Origin: Piromyces finnis finn
Lineage: Eukaryota > Fungi > Neocallimastigomycota
Direction: 5' to 3'
NCBI GenBank assembly: GCA_002104945.1
Contig: MCFH01000086.1
Coordinates: 62,001 to 126,000, forward strand
DNA length: 64,000 nucleotides
Positions 44,951-57,944 of this stretch are shown here, one piece after another. The notes beneath the pieces were generated by a model, which had not been told where the DNA came from, made no database searches, and worked only from the letters and a program-made list of their open reading frames with translations. Positions within the stretch are counted from its first letter, which is position 1. Every line of letters starts with the position of its first letter. The translations under genes and the position numbers were made by a program.

Positions 44951-45153
44951 TATTAGTATTAGTATTAGTATTAGTATTAGTATTAGTATTAGTATTAGTA
45001 TTAGTATTAGTATTAGTATTAGTATTAGTATTAGTATTAGTATTAGTATTAGTATTAGTATTAGTATTAGTATTAGTATTAGTATTAGTATTAGTATTAG
45101 TATTAGTATTAGTATTAGTATTAGTATTAGTATTAGTATTAGTATTAGTATTA
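44951..45153. repeat. (TATTAG)n hexanucleotide microsatellite, ~34 perfect copies
   Basis: Uninterrupted tattag array, seen directly. Confidence 0.97.
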
Positions 45154-46203
45154 TTATGTATTATGTGAAATTATGTGTTACTTTATTATGATGTATTATT
45201 TTAAATCAAATAATTTTAAATTAAAATTATATATATTAATTATATATGAAAAAAGGGGGAAAAAAAGTTAAAAAAAAACAGAAAAATGCAAATAAAAGTA
45301 TATACAAAATCTTGATAAATTATCTTAATGCTCTATTTTACTTCTTTACTAATAATAACAATGATAACAGTTTTAATATTTATTATAGTATTTGAGTTAA
45401 AAGTAGAATTTATATGACGAATTATTAATATTTAACAACAAAACATTAATAAGTAATTTTGTATTATATTGTAAATAAATTTTCATTATTAATTGGTTAT
45501 TAAATGTCACTACATTTATTTTGTATCTTTAATAACCAAGAAAAAAAAAAATTGAAATCAATGAATTTGATTGTTAGATTACAATAATAAAATATATTGT
45601 ATTTGAATAATGTAAAATTAAAATTATTTTTAATGTTCATTCATATTGTTGTCATATTTAAAAACTTGCTTTCTTTGATAAATATTTATTTTTATTTTAT
45701 TGTAATAATAAATTTTATAACATACATTTTATTATAGTAACATTTAATTAACCTCACATTAATTAATTGCTACATTTTAGGGTATATGAAAATAAATAAT
45801 AAATATTTTAATATAATATTAAACTATTACAACTACTTTGCTTATTTGTTTATCTATAAAAATAAAACTATAAAAAGAGAATAAAAATAAAATTATAATA
45901 TTAAAATATTGGTATAAATCAAAATATTAATATAAAAGGTAGAAATAAATTTGTTTTGTTTGACGAGATAATTGGTATTAAAGTAATGTTTCAATATTAT
46001 GAAGAAATATTAAATCATTAACCCTTATAATTGAAAAAAGAAAATAAAAAGTAAAAATTATAAATTAAAAAAATAGTATTATAATAATTATTAAATGAAT
46101 AATATATTCATTTAATTTTTCATTTTTTGTCTTTCTTAAAATCTAATATTAAACATTTTTATATTAACCAAAATTTACTAATTTCAAATTATACTTTACT
46201 TTT

Positions 46204-48024
46204 TTATACGATAAGATCTTCAGCCTTATCAATATTTCTTTTTAACCACTGACGTGCAAATAAACTAACTTTTCCAAATTTAGGAAGAGCATATTTATCT
46301 AACACACTTCTATTCCATTTTTTTGGAGGAGAAGCAAGTGACTGTATCAATAAACTAACGCATTCTTTTAATTCATCTTCATGATAACCAGAGTAGTGTC
46401 TTAAATTTGGTGTCTAAATATTAAATTAAATAAAATTTAATAAATTTAATTTAAAAAAGAAATTGTGCCTATACTAATAATTACCCATTCCTGTCTATCT
46501 AGCATTATTCTTGACAAATACATAGAAGCAGCAGTAATTTTTGATGGCAAATAATTTAAGAATTTATTATTTAATAAAGATAACTCCATAAAAAATTTAG
46601 ATAAAGTTCTTCCAAACATTTCATAATCATCTGCTTTAGATATTCTACGCAAAAAATTTAAAGGACTTGGATAATTAAGATCAAATTCCAATTCTCTCAA
46701 GATACAACGTTCTACTATAAATACTTCTTCAGGGGTATTACAATTATTTGCAGCTTTAAGAACTTGTTCAACAGAAGGAACAATAATTTCTTCATATTTA
46801 GCAGCAATAAATAATGCAGCAATACCTACTAATGGAAGATGAGCACTTGGAACAAGACGAACAGATAAAAATCTATCAACAATATTTATAGTAAGATAGA
46901 GTGTTTCTAAACAAAATTTAAAAGCATAATGAAGTTGAATAATCCAATCAACTAAAGATGTTCTCATCTTCCATGAAAGTTCTTTATTTATATTTTCTAT
47001 ATAATCAGGATCTGGCTTAGTAGTTAACTAAAAAAAACATAATAAAATTTATTAATACTATGAAATATAATTATTGTATAAACATAAATTAATTTTAAAA
47101 CAAAAAATACTAACTTCTTTTTCTCTTAAATAGACAAAAATATCATTAACATATTCAGAAACCATTATTGGATCAAATTCATCTTCGGCATCTAAATCAT
47201 CCCAATCTTCTTTTGCTTTTTCTGGATATTCTTCTTCAACTTCATTATTATTACTATCAGCTTCTTCTCTTGCTTTAGCTTTCTCAATTTCTTCTTCAAA
47301 AATTGACTTTCTTCTTTCTATGGTTTCATTTTCTTCCTTTATTTCGGTTTCCTTATTTTCATTTTCAAGTTTTTTATTTTCGTCCTCTTTATTTTTAGAT
47401 GACTTACTTTCAGGTGCTTCTTGACTTGATTTAATAGTGGTTTTATCAATACTACTAGTGATTTCAGCTAAGCTATCCTCATTGGTATCGTTATTAACGG
47501 CTTTTTCAGATGTAACCTTGGATAAAGATAAATTATCTTTGTTGTTGTTATCATTATTTTTTTCAATTTTAATATTTTTCATGATTACATTATCATTTGA
47601 ATTTTCAACATCATATTTATTGCCACTTAATCTTATTCTTTTTGCACGTGGTAACTGTTTTTGCTCTTGATGCTTTAATACTTGTTTTAAATTAGCACGT
47701 CCTTGGCATATATTCTAATAAAATAATAATTATTATTAATATCAATATAAAAATTTACAATTACTATTCTTTTAAATAGCATTATATCATACTTGATTTG
47801 AGGTTACATCGGTTAAAACACCTCTGTTTCTTTTTCTTGAAACTTCTTTTCCTTGATTAAATTTTCCTTCCAAAACATTCTTTTTAATGTTCTCGTTGGT
47901 AATCTGTTGTAAAGCCTATTAATAATTATAAATAGTAAATTATAAAATAATAAGAATTATTTTTCTCATTAATACTTTAATAAATTTACTTTATTTTTTA
48001 TTCTTTTTTTACATTTAAATCCAT
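46204..48024 (-). CDS. B-type (mitotic) cyclin, multi-exon
   Basis: Destruction box RGVLTDVTSN, then DLDAEDEFDPIMVSEYVNDIFVYL. Cyclin box MRTSLVDWIIQLH..ETLYLTINIVDRFLS..LVGIAALFIAAKYEE; also LNYPSPLNFLRRISKADDY. Confidence 0.93.
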
Positions 48025-50178
48025 GATGAATAATTAAGAAATTTAAATTGTATTATAATGTGTTTAAAAGCAGTTTTAATTATCTAGAAAATTTTGTTTT
48101 ATTACTAACAACAAAAATATCTTAAAATTATTTCACTATATTTTTTAAATAGTTTTAATAAAATATATATATAAATAAATAATATAAATAATAAAATAAT
48201 ATAGAAAGTATTTTTCTTTTACAATAAAGCAAAAATATATTAATATAAAATTTTAATTTTTTTTTAAAAAATAAAAAATAAATTTTTTAAATTAATAATA
48301 AAGAATTCAAGCTCAATTAGTTTTTATAGTAATACATTAAAGTATTGATATTAGTTTTTCTTAATCTATTTTTATAAAATATTGAAATACTTCGATATTA
48401 ATATAAATAGTCTATATTAATTAATTAATTAATCTATTAAGTGTTACTATTACTCGAATTATCAATTTTATTTAAAATAATATTACGTTTTGAAAATTGT
48501 TTTATTATTATTATCGATTTATTTCATTACGCTTAAAAATTTTAACAAATTTCTATTTTGAATTATACAATCTTTATATTATTCAAAATTATAGCAATTT
48601 AAAATGATTTAAATATAATTTATTGGAAAATTATAATTTTTTAATAGTAAAAAAAAGAAAAATTATATTATATATAATTATGTAGTTTTTGTAACAAAAA
48701 TAAATAAAGTTATTATATTTTTAAATTTATTTTTAAAAATTTGATCAACCCTTTTTGTATATTCAATATTTTATATTATATATTTAGAAAATAGTCATTG
48801 TATTACTCAATTACTACTAATTAGCATGAAATTATTCTTTTGTATGTGCAAAAAAAAAAAAAAAAGTTTAGAAATATATATAAACATTTATATGTTGATA
48901 GTAATATATTAAAATAAATAAATTGCTCATTTATTAATTTTATTTTATAAATCAAATTAATATATAGAGAAAATAAATTAAAAAAATATCTACAAATAAT
49001 ATTAGAGATAATATTTATATTGAATTTTTTGAACTATACATAAAGAAATAAAAATATAAAAATGTTTTTCAATAATAAGAAACTTAAAAATTATATTTTA
49101 TTATATTATTACTATTACTAATATGTTATATATATAACATATAAAAATATTTTACTCTATAAAAAAATAATAAACTATTTAGTTCTTACCTTTTGTTTTA
49201 TTTTAATATATTATCTTTTTTTTAATTTCTTTAAAATGTAATAATGTATTTCAATATTCTATTCCTTATATAAATAATAAACTATTGCAAACTTTATTAA
49301 AAAACAATTTGTTGAATCATTTTATTTCATCACTTCATTCATCACTAAAATTTAATATATATTTATTCTCAACCAATATTTGAATAATAAATATATACAA
49401 TATAAAAATAGTTTACTTGTTCATATATTCATATTTATTTTTGAATATATATATTACAGTATAGAAATTAAATATTAAGTTTGATTTTATTTACTATATA
49501 TAAACTTTAAATATTATTTATTTTAAAAAAAAAAAAAAAAAGAATTGGCCCTTAAAATCCAAAATTGTGAATAATACATTAAGTATGAAATAAAATATTA
49601 AGGATCGTACATTTTTGTAATGTAAGAGAAGACAACAAAATTTTTAAAAAAAAAAAAATCAAAAAAATTTTAATATAACTTAATATATTATAATATTATG
49701 CCTAATCTTTACTAAAAAAGAATAGTACAAAAAAAAAGGGAAAACAAAAATTATTAATGCAAAAATTATTAATACAAAAATATTTAATTATTATAATAAA
49801 AGCAACTAGAATCATAATATTTAATGTTATAATTACTATGATAACTTAATTAAAAAAATATACATTAATTATTAAAACATTAATAAATAATTGTATAATA
49901 ATACTTTATTTATCTAGGACATGGTCATTTCACATGATCTAAACAAAAACAATTGATTCAATTTATGATTTGCATTATTAATATTAAATCAATTTTTATA
50001 ATATATTATGTGATATTACATAAGTATTTATATTAAAATTTCTAACATTATTTATCCACAAATAAAATTATTCATTTATATATTTTGATTTTTTAATATG
50101 ATATTAATAAGTTTCATTTTAAAGATAAGTTGACTTATATAGCTTAATCATTTTATACCTATAATAAAAACATATATT

Positions 50179-51231
50179 CATGTATTAAATGTGTCTTAAA
50201 TGTAATGTCTATAGCTATTTTTTATTTATTTTATTTTATTTTTATAGTCACTTGATCTGATATATGATATAGGTTATTTTTATGTAGAAAGAATTTAACT
50301 TTAGATAAATATATAATTTCATTTATAACTTTATTAATTACGTTTCAATATTTCTATCTGTCTAAATACTAAAAAGTTATCCTGTCAGTTTTAACTATTA
50401 AAATTTAACTTAAACAAGAAGCCCTCTTTAATAATATTTATTCACTAGTTTATTTTTAATGAGGCTTACTTAATAATTAGTTGTCCAATTATAAGGCTGG
50501 AACTATATGGATTATACATATATATTATTCTTCTATATTACATGTTCTTACATTTGTCATGAATTTTCATTTTATTCTTTTAAATTGTAGAAATAATTAA
50601 TATTATAATAAAAACTATATGAATTTAATATTAACTAATAAAATTGTTCAAGTCACATATTATTTTTATGTCATATATCATTATATAACTGTAGTATTTA
50701 CAATGTAACTCCTCTTTGCTAACCTTATTAATAAAATCATTTATTAATTAAATTTATTTCAATGAAAAATCTTATAATTTACTTTTTTTAAAGTATATAT
50801 TTCTTAATTTTTATATTGAAAATATTATATATAAATTTTTAATGAATTTACATAAATAATTAATCCAATAATTTGTAAATAAAAATTTCATAATTAAATT
50901 TTATTTTTTAAAAATCATTTTCTTTACTAATCTTGTTAGTTAATCTTAAAATATCCATTATTATTGTGAACATTTATGGACACATAATTTTATTTATCTA
51001 TATTATATATTTATTACACACGTGACTATTTTATAAAAACATAAACATGTATTAAAAGTGTTGTAAACGTAATGTCTACGTGTTGTAGAGAAAGTTATTT
51101 TTTATTTATTTTATTTTATTTTTATGGTCACATGACCTTACATCTCATTATATAACTGTAATATTTACAATGTAACTTTTTCTCTTTGTTAACCTTATTA
51201 ATAAAATTATTTATTAATTAAATTTATTTCA
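50179..51231. repeat. Degenerate direct repeat: segments A (50179-50257) and B (50678-50761) recur as A' (51046-51137) and B' (51145-51231) with the intervening ~420 bp missing
   Basis: B and B' share tcattatataactgta.tatttacaatgtaact..ctctttg.taaccttattaataaaat.atttattaattaaatttatttca. A and A' share catgtattaaa.gtg...taaa.gtaatgtcta and ttttttatttattttattttatttttat.gtcac.tga.ct. Confidence 0.75.
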
Positions 51232-52076
51232 CAATTATATTATTTTGATTAGTTTATATTTATTGTAAGAATAATTAATTTATTTTATATTTTATATTAT
51301 GAAATTAGAAAATACTACAATATTAATTTACATTATTACTTATATAAAAAAAGATAATGTAAAAAAAAAATTGATTTGATTAACTTTTAAGGAACAAAGT
51401 ACATAAGAATTAAAATGTTTTTTTTTATACAATTCATATATATATATATATATATATTTTTAAAAAAAAAATATATGATGATGATATATACTTTATTTAA
51501 CTTTTTTTTGTTATAAAAACTTTAATACATACCATTTTAAATTTTATCAAGGTTGGTTTTTATTACTTATATATGTATATACTTTCAAAATAGAATAAAA
51601 ATGAATGTTTTATATATACATATTATTTTAAAATAAAATAAAAATGAATGTTTTATTTTTTAATGAATTTTATCATTGTATTAAATTTTATTGTTATTAT
51701 CATTCTTATTTCTGATAGATTGTTTGTTTGTTTGTTTTATATTATTTTTAAGAATACAGAAACATTATAAAAAATACTTTCAAAAAAAATTATAAGGAAT
51801 TTTTGGAAAAAATATGAAGATTATATAATGTAATTTTGACATTTTTTTTTCTTCCTTATAAATTTATGAATTATTTTATTTATTAATCCATATATATATT
51901 TTGTATTATTGTTTATTTGTTTGATGTTTGATAAGTTAAATACATATATATAATAATTATTTTTAATTTTCATATTTTTCTTGAGTTTAAATAAACTATT
52001 AAGAATTTTTATTTATAGTATGAGTTTTTTAATATTTTTTATTGGAAAGTATTTCTTGTTCACTAATTAAATACTA

Positions 52077-53033
52077 TTATCTGAAAAACGGCCACTTGAA
52101 ATATGACTTTCATAATCTGTTTCAGCCCAGTAATTTTGTCTTAAATGATCCATAAAATCTTTAAAACCTCCAATAAATCTATATTCATCTCTAGTACAAC
52201 CTTTATATATAAATGGTGAATTTGTATGAAGTTCTTTAGCATCGGGAACAAGCTTTTTTTGTAAGGAATATTAAGATTATTATTAATCAAATATATATAA
52301 TAATAAAAATAATATAAAATTTAAAATATTAATTATTAAAATATAAATATAATAAATAAAAATATAATAATAATTAATTAATAGCAATAAAAATAACAAT
52401 ACTTTTGTTTTTAATTTTTGTATATATACATATTATAATTAAATTTTATAAGATAAATATTAAATAATTAACATTTTATTAAAATTACTTTTTGTAATTG
52501 TTTAACACGAGCATCCCAATCAGCTTCTGACACTGTAGATATACGAAATTGAATATTATTTTTAGACTCAGTAACAATACCTTTTGATTTAACTTGATCT
52601 AATTCTAATTGAAGATCGTTCTTCTTTTTTTCAATTTCTTCTTCAGTAAGTTTCTTTTTCCCATATTTTTTTGAATTCAATTCTTTAATTTGATTTTGAA
52701 GAGTTTCTATTTTTTTATAATATTCTTTTTCAACACTTTTATTTATATTATCAGTATAAGTTAAAAGATCTTTGGAAGCATCAACTGAAGCTCGATAAAA
52801 GGCGCATTTTAAAAAACCTTCCTATTTAGCACAAATTTAATTTATTTATAATATAATAAATTTGTTAATTAAAAATAAATTTATATATATATGTATCAAT
52901 TTCTGTTGAAGAAAAAAAAAGGATATATAAATAATACTATATTATAACAAGTTCTTGGTCTTTCTCCATATTCTATGTTTTCAGAAATATATGTTGAATA
53001 TGAATCTGGTGGTCTCGATAAGCTTGCTCCCAT
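52077..53033 (-). CDS. ~200 aa glutaredoxin-fold protein resembling the N-terminal domain of MDH1B/PPIL6, N-myristoylation-type start, 3 exons
   Basis: Spliced: MGASLSRP..CYNI|EGFLKCAFYRAS..FRISTVSEADWDARVKQLQK|LVPDAKELHTNSPFIYKG..FIGGFKDFMDHLRQNY. Compare MDH1B KFVIAGRADCPYYAK..FRIHKITQRPEVWEDWLK..HKNSPIIW..LLGGYNEFLEHAQLYY. Confidence 0.65.
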
Positions 53034-54447
53034 TTATGATAACTCTAACCACAATTAATTTGGAAATAATAAATATTATATTGTAAATTATGGATTTTTA
53101 ATTACTTCAAAATAATCATATAACATGGTTAAATAAATTATTATAGTTAATCATTAATTACAATATTTATAAAATTATTTCGAAAAATTATATATGTTCT
53201 ATATCTTATAACAAAAATACAATGGTTCTATAAACATTCCCTTATTTTATCGTAAAAAAATATATAATAAATTACATTTGTTTCAGTTAATTTCTAAATA
53301 GCTTTAATTTTTTTATTTAAAAAAAAAAATTATTTTATTAATGGATTAACTATAAAATATTTATTAAAATACTATTACAATATTGGTTATTTTCTAACCC
53401 TCTAATGATAATTTTTATATATTTTGGTATAATAATTGATATTTTATTAAAATATTTTAAAAAAATTATAATAAAATATTTTAATTATTTATAATGTGTA
53501 TATAAAAGATAAAAAAATTATTATAATAGTTTATAAAAAAAATTTATATTTATTATTCATTTGTTTCGAATTTATCATAATCGTTAATTATCATTTATGT
53601 ATTTAGTTATAAGTTTGTTTATTATTAAATATTTAATAATTATTATATAACTAGATACTATTTTTCTTTGTTTCTTTTTTTCAATAAATAAGGAAAGCCT
53701 TTTTTTAATTCTATAAATCTAACCTTATTATATAGATATAATTTTTAAAAAAAAAATGGTATATTCTATTTATTAAAATATTCTGTAAAAATATAACTAC
53801 ATTAATAAGATTTTAATATTATTATAATATTAATTATTATATAAAAATTATTATACCATATTTATCATATGTTTTAATTATTATTGGTTAATATTAAATA
53901 TACTTTAAGCTTCCAAGTAATATTAGTATTAATATTCAAAATTTAGTTCCAAAAATTTATAAATTTCTTTGTAACAATTATTTAAAAGTAATATATCTTT
54001 AAAATAAAAAAAATATGTTTTTTTAATGTTCTAAAAAAAAGCATTACTTATTTTTGAAATACAAATATTAAACATATTCAATAAATATAAAACAATTATA
54101 TTAAATAATTGATATATAATATTTAGAAAAATAAATTACTGAATATTTAATTTTTTCACAAAATATTAATTCAATTAGTAAAATACTTTTTCTCTTTAAA
54201 TTATAAAAGAAAAATTTTAATATTTTTTGATACAAAACAATTTCTATTATACAACAAACATTAATATAATAAATAAAACTTTTAATATTAGGTTTTATAA
54301 TACTTTTTTTTTTTATTTATATTTATTCTTTCATATTGCATTTAAAATTTTTTTATTTTAAATAAAATAATATATTAATATACCAAGAAATAATCATATA
54401 TACATTACGACATTCATATATAACATTTTTTAATTTAAAATATCAAT

Positions 54448-56358
54448 ATGGACCAAGATAGTATATTATTAAATTCAACTGAACTAATTGAGACTTCAAT
54501 GCCATTATCATTTGGGAAAATAGTCTTATATGGCGTAGAGATAGTGCTTATTATTCAGTTATTAATGGTAATTTTAAATTATTCAAGGGATTGGAAGAAT
54601 ATAAGTTCAAGCAGTATGAATTCAGAAATATCCACAATAAGTAATAACAATTATGATTCTGTGGAATTAAAAGATTCAGATAGTTCAAATAATTTCAACA
54701 ATGAAAATGAAATCATAGAAATTTCAACTTTTTCTTTAAAAAAAATAATATCATTTATTTCTGTATTACCGTTATCTTCGTTTTACTTAATACTAAAGCT
54801 TAGTTATAATGTAATTAAATTTATTGTTTATACTATTTTTGATTTTGTAATTGATTTTGTTAATTATTGGATAATAAATTTCCCAGAACGTTTTGAAGAA
54901 TATATAATTAATTTCTTTAATAATTATATATTCCATAGTATTTCATATATGTCAGAAATGTATGTAATACCTGCGATTTCATACTCATTTAATAAATTTA
55001 AAATATTATTAAATGAAATATTTTCAGAAGAAAATTACGATAGACTTGTATTTTATATTGAAAGATCCGCAGAGGTTATATATGACAAAGCTATTATACC
55101 ATGTTTTGAAAAAACGAGAGATAACCTAATTAAAATTTTTAATGGTTTATGGAATTTCGCGAAGATTTATTCAATAAAACTTTACGCTATTTGTAAGCTT
55201 TTATTGAATACAATAACTATATTTACTTTGGACTTTTTTGAAGATGTTCAAGTTGCATGGTCTGGTATTCAGTGGTTTGGTATTAATATTGCTCAACCTG
55301 CGGCTTCATTTTTAGAAGATGTATTATTAACTTTAACAATACGTCCATTAGCATATTCTTTAGCTTTTTTTAAAGTATTTATTGAAAAAACTATAAAACT
55401 TACATACAAGCTCATTATTAGTATGCTATTATTAATACCAACATTGTTTAGCATACTTGCTATTTTCATCTACAAAACATTCGATGTAGATGCTATAAAA
55501 CATAGAATTCATGTATGGATGTGTCGTTGGGTTTATCTTCCTTTATGGTATGTTGTTTATTTTATAGTTAACTATGGAGAAAAGCTTGTTGTTGAATATA
55601 TTCCAAGGGTATATCATACTTTTATTAGGTTGGGAAAAAATATTTTTTTCAATATAATTAATTTATATAGTATTGCAATGAAATATTTAAAATTAGTAAT
55701 TTATTACACCTATCAATTTTTGGAAAAGGCATTTAAACTAATTGTAGAATATATTCCATATGTTCATAAGAAGTCAATGAACCTTTCAAAAAATGTATAT
55801 AATTGGATGAAAATTAATATTTTTCCATGGTTTAATACCATTCATTGTATATTTTATGTTACACCATTAAATATTAGTAGGAATATTTTTGCTCTTGTTA
55901 TAGATCATGTCTTTTCAGAAAATAGTTATATTGGTAAAAACTCAAGAATTTTAATGAGACTAATAAGGCAATTCGGTGAAATAACATTTTCACATATGAT
56001 TCAAGTTGGTAAATTTATTAAGACCTTTTTGATTAATGTGCTAAATATTGTTACACCACAAACTATTAACATTTCTAAAAAAATTATATCCTTACTACAA
56101 AAATTTTCTTTGAAAATATATATTGCTGTTAAGCCAATATTTCTCAAGGAATTAGATATTATGGCTAAATGGACTGAAAAGGAGGTTAACCAAATTAATA
56201 TAGCCATAAAGAATTTTTTAAAGGACTTAAAATTAAAAATTAATGAGTATACAACTTTAATTTATCAATCAATTGTTAGTGAGAATAAAAAATTACATCA
56301 ATCTTATAAAAATAAAAAAGAATTCAATAAAGAATTTATTCATAATAAAAATAAATAA
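54448..56358 (+). CDS. Intronless 636 aa hypothetical protein, N-terminal hydrophobic segment and long amphipathic/hydrophobic helical region
   Basis: 1.9 kb ORF in very AT-rich DNA, unlikely by chance. No recognisable family motif. Confidence 0.7.
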   Translation: MDQDSILLNSTELIETSMPLSFGKIVLYGVEIVLIIQLLMVILNYSRDWKNISSSSMNSEISTISNNNYDSVELKDSDSSNNFNNENEIIEISTFSLKKIISFISVLPLSSFYLILKLSYNVIKFIVYTIFDFVIDFVNYWIINFPERFEEYIINFFNNYIFHSISYMSEMYVIPAISYSFNKFKILLNEIFSEENYDRLVFYIERSAEVIYDKAIIPCFEKTRDNLIKIFNGLWNFAKIYSIKLYAICKLLLNTITIFTLDFFEDVQVAWSGIQWFGINIAQPAASFLEDVLLTLTIRPLAYSLAFFKVFIEKTIKLTYKLIISMLLLIPTLFSILAIFIYKTFDVDAIKHRIHVWMCRWVYLPLWYVVYFIVNYGEKLVVEYIPRVYHTFIRLGKNIFFNIINLYSIAMKYLKLVIYYTYQFLEKAFKLIVEYIPYVHKKSMNLSKNVYNWMKINIFPWFNTIHCIFYVTPLNISRNIFALVIDHVFSENSYIGKNSRILMRLIRQFGEITFSHMIQVGKFIKTFLINVLNIVTPQTINISKKIISLLQKFSLKIYIAVKPIFLKELDIMAKWTEKEVNQINIAIKNFLKDLKLKINEYTTLIYQSIVSENKKLHQSYKNKKEFNKEFIHNKNK

Positions 56359-57296
56359 ATTATAGATTGAATGTAAATACTAGTACAAAATACATCAAAA
56401 ATATTATCTTGAAGATAAATATATCAACAATAAATTACAAAAATAAAATAAAAATAAAATAAAAATAAAATAAAACAAAAAAATAAAACAAAAAAAAATA
56501 ATAAAATTAAAAAAATAAAAAATAAAAATAAGTAATGTAAGTAAATAAAAAAAAAATAAAATAATAATGTATAGATTCATTAAAAATTTATGAATATCAT
56601 TATGTGAAAAGAATAATTATACCATAAATAAAAAATTGAAATCACTTATTACAATTATGCTTTATAATAAAAAATATACATAACATTAAACATATATTAT
56701 AAATAATTTAATATAATAATTGCTATTATATTAGTATTAACATTTGACAAACGCATGCTACAAAACAATGGAGTAAATTTTATTATAATTATATCACATT
56801 TTTCTTGGTTTATTTTATTATTTTTTGTTATAATTTATTTGAACCATGTGAATTAAAATTACCATAATTTTATATAAAAATATATATATAATTTTATATA
56901 CTATTAATATGCTATTGAATAAATTAAATTTTAATTTTTGAAAAATAAATTTTAATTTATTTTTATTAATTTATTATATCATTTATTTTATGTGACTTAA
57001 TATTTAAGATGAAATAGAAATTGAATTGGTTCAATAAACTTTTATAAAATATATAAATTTTAAAAAAATTACTTTTTATTAATGAAAGTTTTATAATCAT
57101 CATTTAAATAAAAATCAATATATTTTGTAATAAATTTAAATATAGCTTAATTTACTGATTTAGGATTCAGTTTTGTTATTAAAAAATACCTAAAAGATTT
57201 TTCTTTTTTCTTTTCTTTTTTCTTTTTTCTTTTTTTTTTTTTTTAAAAAAAAAAAGAATAATAAATCAAATAATAATTATAAATACATAGCAAAAA

Positions 57297-57904
57297 ATGA
57301 AGGTTTCATACTTACCTGTAAGTAATACAGATAAACCGCTATTATATTCAAAAAATGATTTGTTAAAGGTACTACATGAAAATAATTTTGTATGTGCTGT
57401 AGCATTTTCATCCTGATATTTCTAATTTTTTATTTTATATTTATCATATTGTTAATTTCTCAATTTAATATGTAGAAAAACATTATCAAAAACAAAATTA
57501 TTAATTATGTATTTTCAATTTGCTTAATTATATTCGGTGGACTTTTTATATGTAAATATAATAATATATTATATAAATTCATATATAGTATGAAAATGCA
57601 TTAATTTAATTTGCAATAAAGTATTTAAAAATGACATAAACGAAAAAAATGATAAAAATGAACCTGTAAATATTATATTTATGATATCTGATGGTAAAGC
57701 TTTTTTTATTTTTCTTTTAAATAATATATCTTATTATTCCTATAATATTAAATGACTTATTTTTATTATAAATGTAATATTACAAAGGTTTTGGCCCAAC
57801 TTCAGAAACTTTTGGTAGAACATATTATCAAGTAAAACTTTCATTTTTGAATTATATTTATTAATTATTGATAATCAAATTGAATAATATTCTTTCCTTC
57901 TTCT

Positions 57905-57944
<40 letters not shown>

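Noticed and set aside
44951-45153. Interstitial telomere or CRISPR-like array
   Set aside because: The unit differs from TTAGGG at two positions, there are no spacers, and genes flank both sides.
44934-45191. ORF encoding (IS)n
   Set aside because: Translation artefact of the TATTAG microsatellite.
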